From: Oligoflexia bacterium
Lineage (GTDB): Bacteria > Bdellovibrionota > Bdellovibrionia > JABDDW01
DNA length: 64,000 nucleotides
Direction: 5' to 3'
Assembly (NCBI GenBank): GCA_034439615.1
Contig: JAWXAT010000003.1
Span: 51,973-115,972 of the forward strand
The position numbers and the translations under genes are program-made. A model generated the notes under the pieces. That model made no database searches, was not told the DNA's origin, and worked only from the letters and a program-made list of their open reading frames with translations. Of the stretch, positions 61,101-64,000 are shown piece by piece (position 1 is the stretch's first letter; the number at the start of each line of letters is the position of its first letter).

Positions 61101-61493
61101 AACCTACTCTTTCGTACAATTCCACTAGTAGAAGATATGGTTGCCGGAAATCTTCGTGAAATCAGAAGAACGCCCGTAGAAGGTACGTTTGGATATCTTT
61201 ATAATAGGGTTATTTGGGCAGCAGTTCTTCCCTATAAACAGTGGGGAGTTCAGAGATTGTTTCGTGGTTCGACTATTTCTGGTCCATGGGCCACTACAAA
61301 TCGTATTCTCACAAAAATAGGGTTTAAGCCTGGTGAGAATGCAAAAGGAATGTTGTCTTACGGAGTTATCGGAAGCTTTGCCACGTTTACTGGGGGTATA
61401 TTCTTTGGACTTTTCAGTGAAGATATCTTGCGGGGTGTGACAAAGGCGATTGATTCTTGCTCTGCGGTACTATCGAAGATAATCCCTTTTTAA
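58179..61493 (+). CDS. Large (1104 aa) hypothetical secreted/membrane protein
   Basis: Signal peptide MLKMKNKLSSLMTFFSWIIIFQLALG. Internal and C-terminal hydrophobic segments. Divergent from the 1216-aa gene. No recognisable domain. Confidence 0.6.
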   Translation: MLKMKNKLSSLMTFFSWIIIFQLALGSTLVDVAKAQEATQVLTQSIVTNQDARMAIADAVVDPAISAIAADTTFPRELDLSSNDPIVDQDPFFQNAQSWGQITGQVSGELAFSNDGQVSQIKLPFQNKVWKLKAPIHPIFATSDYVFFAANAGSDIFSASSNDGADFGEGIFYVPYNELLASSAQEEKIPVYFFPMPGTGWQATAKADVLVTEIPQHDIVVFTDTQGAPLPVKVEDLKSIAKVESVNFMMAQSMAMQAAIDKLKANKSQIESVRQNFINNLQTLSKAALKEDEKSFSRAHESIANSFGQVLTSMKSVLGTTKLTLPRGSTAGFGMLFTGFDLDKSNQSTIFANYQQTKLEKWRTAFLQVLGINTAHADAELTRVLIGVSIVLAKCAFIFSVGTALRYTVLRQKIKERMGVSGIGKNGFQVNLTVFAQSLTFVAQFPYVTSTNTIEYIMDRAGTAENGRIRKLFNATFGYSRKINNKTPVNHKTLIYGVGILGFVDTALVAFQQYMVIPWIVSGLVVIFPGLASRAEAAWGMGGNMALYNLIAVIGNLTAYISSGAYAYANQVQEISTNDALRIVADEMRKEGVNPDDPINKRLFDTRVKKMVRASLNSKGLPDERAFLFDANSFYQSIQGFFGYKPTDKSNPEEYYAVLRQGLVLRALNNAIVVAQDTKNERALVVLKGAKEDFSLVEKFKSDPSAFLTPTKIKEVAERYRNVRQELTSFTFTGGPSDRITKLGNWRNKGSNAGVRSAAQIYRKEFFSLMEIKEVAVSVGTQTAQDISPEALDPSLREGRFARWQLKRAITKANEKFVAQFKVDPIELFGESGDAAQANLRTQWEKLYRSELVSLVGLRPDSTETQLMADVEAETESLFKVRLESNASLKTYLATLSAYERARVTEIYRTDVFVQKYVDATIKTEKVPPHSPAQPGIFQGLRQTQLVRQNKVLTSGLRFMEGLFSDTRYQRGLKNLLFRTIPLVEDMVAGNLREIRRTPVEGTFGYLYNRVIWAAVLPYKQWGVQRLFRGSTISGPWATTNRILTKIGFKPGENAKGMLSYGVIGSFATFTGGIFFGLFSEDILRGVTKAIDSCSAVLSKIIPF

Positions 61494-61573
61494 CAACTCA
61501 TTATAGTTTTGGCCAAGCAATTGACTTATTTGTGGAATCCTGTAACTTAAAGGTTCGCTAAATAGGAGAAGCC

Positions 61574-61807
61574 ATGGCTGATAAAGCAAATAAGTACCCA
61601 CAAAATGTAGCAGGTAAATTCTATGTCGACACGCAGTGCATCTCTTGTGATGCTTGCTGCACTTCAGCGCCCAATAATTTTAAAATGAATGATGAAGAAG
61701 GCCACGCCTATTTATCTGTTCAACCAACCTCACCTGAAGAAGAAACTCAGTGTAAAGAAGCAATGGAAGGTTGCCCGGTTGAGGCTATCGGTAACGACGG
61801 GCCCTAA
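61574..61807 (+). CDS. Small ferredoxin (single [4Fe-4S]/[3Fe-4S] cluster type)
   Basis: CISCDACC...CPVEAI gives the CxxCxxC...CP ligand pattern. 77 aa. Confidence 0.8.
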   Translation: MADKANKYPQNVAGKFYVDTQCISCDACCTSAPNNFKMNDEEGHAYLSVQPTSPEEETQCKEAMEGCPVEAIGNDGP

Positions 61808-63531
61808 TGGATCGTGATAAACTTGCCACTCTTATAAATGAAATTGCCACTTATCTTGATCTTCTTGGTGAAAATCCTTTTAAAATTCGAGCCCATCAAA
61901 ATGCTGTTCGCATCATTGAATCATTTGATGGTGATTTAGAAAAAGCCATCAAGAGTGGAGCCATTGGTGAAGTAAAAGGCATTGGTCCAGCACTTAAAGA
62001 AAAATTCGAAGAGTTTTTAAAATCAGGTGAAATTACTGAGCATAAAAAACTTCAAAAAAAAATCCCTCAAGGTCTCATGGAGATGATTCGTATCCCTGGT
62101 CTCGGGCCAAAAAAGGTGCGCGCAATTTATAACAAACTAAATATCACATCAGTGGGTGAGCTTGAATATGCCTGTAAAGAAAATAGATTAGTAAAACTTG
62201 AGGGCTTTGGTGAAAAAACCCAAGTGAAGATTTTAAAAAACATTGAGTTTGTTAAAAAATATCAAGAATCGTTTCTATACTCCGATGCAGCCCTTGAGGC
62301 TCAAATTTTAGTTGCGGCACTTAAAAGTGTTAAGGGCGTTACTAAAATTGAAGTGGGTGGGTCGTTAAGACGTCGAAAGGAAATCGTACGTGACATCGAT
62401 ATTCTTGTGGCTACGAGTGATCCAAAGTCTGTAACTAAAAAGTTTTCAACACATCCCAGTGTTGAGAGCATCACTGGCAGTGGTGAAACAAAAACAAGTG
62501 TTGTTTTAAAAAATGGAATGGCTTGCGATTTACGAGTTGTTACTGAGCAAGAATTTCCGTTTGCGCTATTGTATTTTACAGGCAGTAAAGAACACAACAC
62601 CGTCATGCGCCAAATTGCCAAAGACAAAGGTTTAAAACTTAATGAGTATGGTTTGTACAAGGGAGAAAAACCAACACCTTGTAAAACAGAAGCAGAAATT
62701 TTTGAAAAACTAGGGCTTGTTTATATTTCACCAGAAATGCGCGAGAATAACGGCGAAATTGAAGCTGCAAAAAAGAAAAGTCTTCCCCAATTAATTGAGC
62801 GCGACCAAATTAGAGGCATATTTCATTGTCATACAACTGATAGTGACGGAACAAATACATTAGAAGAAATGGTCGGGGCTGCCCAAAAACTAGGTTTTGA
62901 ATATATTGGTATCAGTGATCACTCAGCTACTTCAGCTGGATACGCCCATGGAATGAAAAAAGATCGCCTTCTTGAACAATTTAAAGCCATTGAAGCCCTT
63001 CAGAAAAAATTTAAAATTAAAATTTTTAAAGGCATTGAATCAGATATTTTAAGTGATGGTAGCTTAGATTATGAAGATGCTGTGTTAAAGAAATTTGATT
63101 TCATCATCGGAAGTATTCATCAAGGGTTTACATTATCTCAAGATCAAATGACCAAAAGAGTTCTCAAAGCTGTAAAAAATCCCTATTTAGATTTTCTAGG
63201 TCATCCCACGGGGCGTTTACTATTAGCTCGAGAAGCATTTGAAATAAACATGCACACGATTATTGACGAGGCAGCCAAACAGGGTGTCATCATTGAGTTG
63301 AATGCAAACCCACAGCGACTCGACATGGATTGGCGACTTGGTAAATATCTAAAAGAAAAAGGTGGGCGTGTAAGTATTAATCCCGATGCTCATAGTATTG
63401 CAGGTCTTGAAGACGTGGAGTACGGGGTGGGTATCGCGCGTAAGGCTTGGCTGAGTGCTGAAAATATCGTTAACACATTGCCTGCTGATAAAGTACTCGC
63501 TGCACTTCCTCGCGCTCGTCATCTTAAGTAG
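61807..63531 (+). CDS. polX: DNA polymerase/3'-5' exonuclease PolX (Pol X core + PHP domain)
   Basis: N-terminal HhH / Pol-beta-like region (GIGPALKEKF, GLGPKKV) and C-terminal PHP motifs (FHCHTTDSDG, ISDH). 574 aa. Confidence 0.9.
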   Translation: MDRDKLATLINEIATYLDLLGENPFKIRAHQNAVRIIESFDGDLEKAIKSGAIGEVKGIGPALKEKFEEFLKSGEITEHKKLQKKIPQGLMEMIRIPGLGPKKVRAIYNKLNITSVGELEYACKENRLVKLEGFGEKTQVKILKNIEFVKKYQESFLYSDAALEAQILVAALKSVKGVTKIEVGGSLRRRKEIVRDIDILVATSDPKSVTKKFSTHPSVESITGSGETKTSVVLKNGMACDLRVVTEQEFPFALLYFTGSKEHNTVMRQIAKDKGLKLNEYGLYKGEKPTPCKTEAEIFEKLGLVYISPEMRENNGEIEAAKKKSLPQLIERDQIRGIFHCHTTDSDGTNTLEEMVGAAQKLGFEYIGISDHSATSAGYAHGMKKDRLLEQFKAIEALQKKFKIKIFKGIESDILSDGSLDYEDAVLKKFDFIIGSIHQGFTLSQDQMTKRVLKAVKNPYLDFLGHPTGRLLLAREAFEINMHTIIDEAAKQGVIIELNANPQRLDMDWRLGKYLKEKGGRVSINPDAHSIAGLEDVEYGVGIARKAWLSAENIVNTLPADKVLAALPRARHLK

Positions 63532-63540
63532 AAAGTCAAT

Positions 63541-64000
63541 ATGAGCCCAAGGGAATCTAAAGAAGCTGTTAAACTTCGTACTAAAAAAATAATATCTAGC
63601 TTAGAGAAAATGTACCCAGATGCCCATTGTTCACTTGATCACAAAAATCCATTACAGTTATTAATTGCCACGATGCTCAGTGCACAGTGCACAGACGCTC
63701 GCGTGAACTTGACAACACCAGCTTTGTTTGCAAAATACAAAACAGCAAAAGATTTTTCTCAAGCTCATATTGAAGATCTAGAGCGGCTTGTTCGTTCAAC
63801 GGGTTTTTACCGAAACAAAGCAAAAAATATTAAAGCCTGTGCACAATCATTAATGGATTTGCATAACGGTGATGTTCCAAAAACTATGGAAGAGCTTTCA
63901 TCACTTGCTGGCGTTGGTCGAAAAACAGCGAATGTAGTTTTAGGTAATGCCTACGGAATTCCAGGTATGGTTGTCGACACCCATGTGACGCGGCTTTCAA
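63541..64000 (+). CDS. nth: Endonuclease III, 5' part, truncated by the window end
   Basis: MSPRESKEAVKLRTKKIISSLEKMYPDAHCSLDHKNPLQLLIATMLSAQCTD...LAGVGRKTANVV is a near-canonical Nth (HhH-GPD) sequence. Absent from the ORF track because it is incomplete. Confidence 0.85.
   Translation, partial: MSPRESKEAVKLRTKKIISSLEKMYPDAHCSLDHKNPLQLLIATMLSAQCTDARVNLTTPALFAKYKTAKDFSQAHIEDLERLVRSTGFYRNKAKNIKACAQSLMDLHNGDVPKTMEELSSLAGVGRKTANVVLGNAYGIPGMVVDTHVTRLS

Noticed and set aside
1-64000. Looked for CRISPR arrays, rRNA genes, IS elements / transposases / integrases, and prophage structural genes
   Set aside because: No regularly spaced direct repeats, no rRNA-like sequence, and no transposase/integrase-like ORFs were seen. 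The only mobile-element-like signal is the TA pair beside tRNA-Ser.

Overview
This is a 64-kb chromosomal window from a low-GC bacterium (roughly 38-42% GC by eye). It carries many lipoproteins and secreted hydrolases, which loosely suggests a predatory Bdellovibrionota-like organism. Gene density is high and the window mixes core housekeeping with accessory content. Core content includes ettA, psd, the rpsU-yqeY-dnaG-rpoD macromolecular-synthesis operon, tRNA-Met, rnhA, RNase P RNA, tadA, gltA, polX and nth. Metabolic clusters include dTDP-rhamnose genes rfbA/D/C inside a glycosyltransferase cluster, a leucine-catabolism liu cluster (MCC alpha and beta, hydratase, HMG-CoA lyase), HPPD, and an M1 aminopeptidase. 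Accessory or unusual content is listed below, ranked roughly by how much each deserves a second look. (1) A selD gene whose true N-terminus contains an in-frame TGA at the catalytic Cys17 position. It is most likely a selenocysteine SelD that the ORF track truncated. (2) Three tandem paralogs, each a degenerate receiver-like domain fused to a PilZ (c-di-GMP binding) domain. (3) A HigB/HigA-like toxin-antitoxin pair with raised GC, next to tRNA-Ser. (4) A divergent STAS-domain / PP2C-phosphatase partner-switching pair with a lipase. (5) A divergent pair of secreted proteins: a truncated protein-kinase-like N-lobe and a clan-CD (caspase/clostripain-like) cysteine peptidase-like protein. (6) Two divergent giant (1216 and 1104 aa) uncharacterised secreted/membrane proteins. 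(7) Several probable frameshifts or split genes: DUF885, the MCC alpha BC/BCCP split, and a Cys-rich secreted protein split at a (TA)5 tract. (8) A 2 x 30 bp tandem repeat in the liu divergent promoter. No CRISPR arrays, rRNA genes, transposases or integrases were seen.
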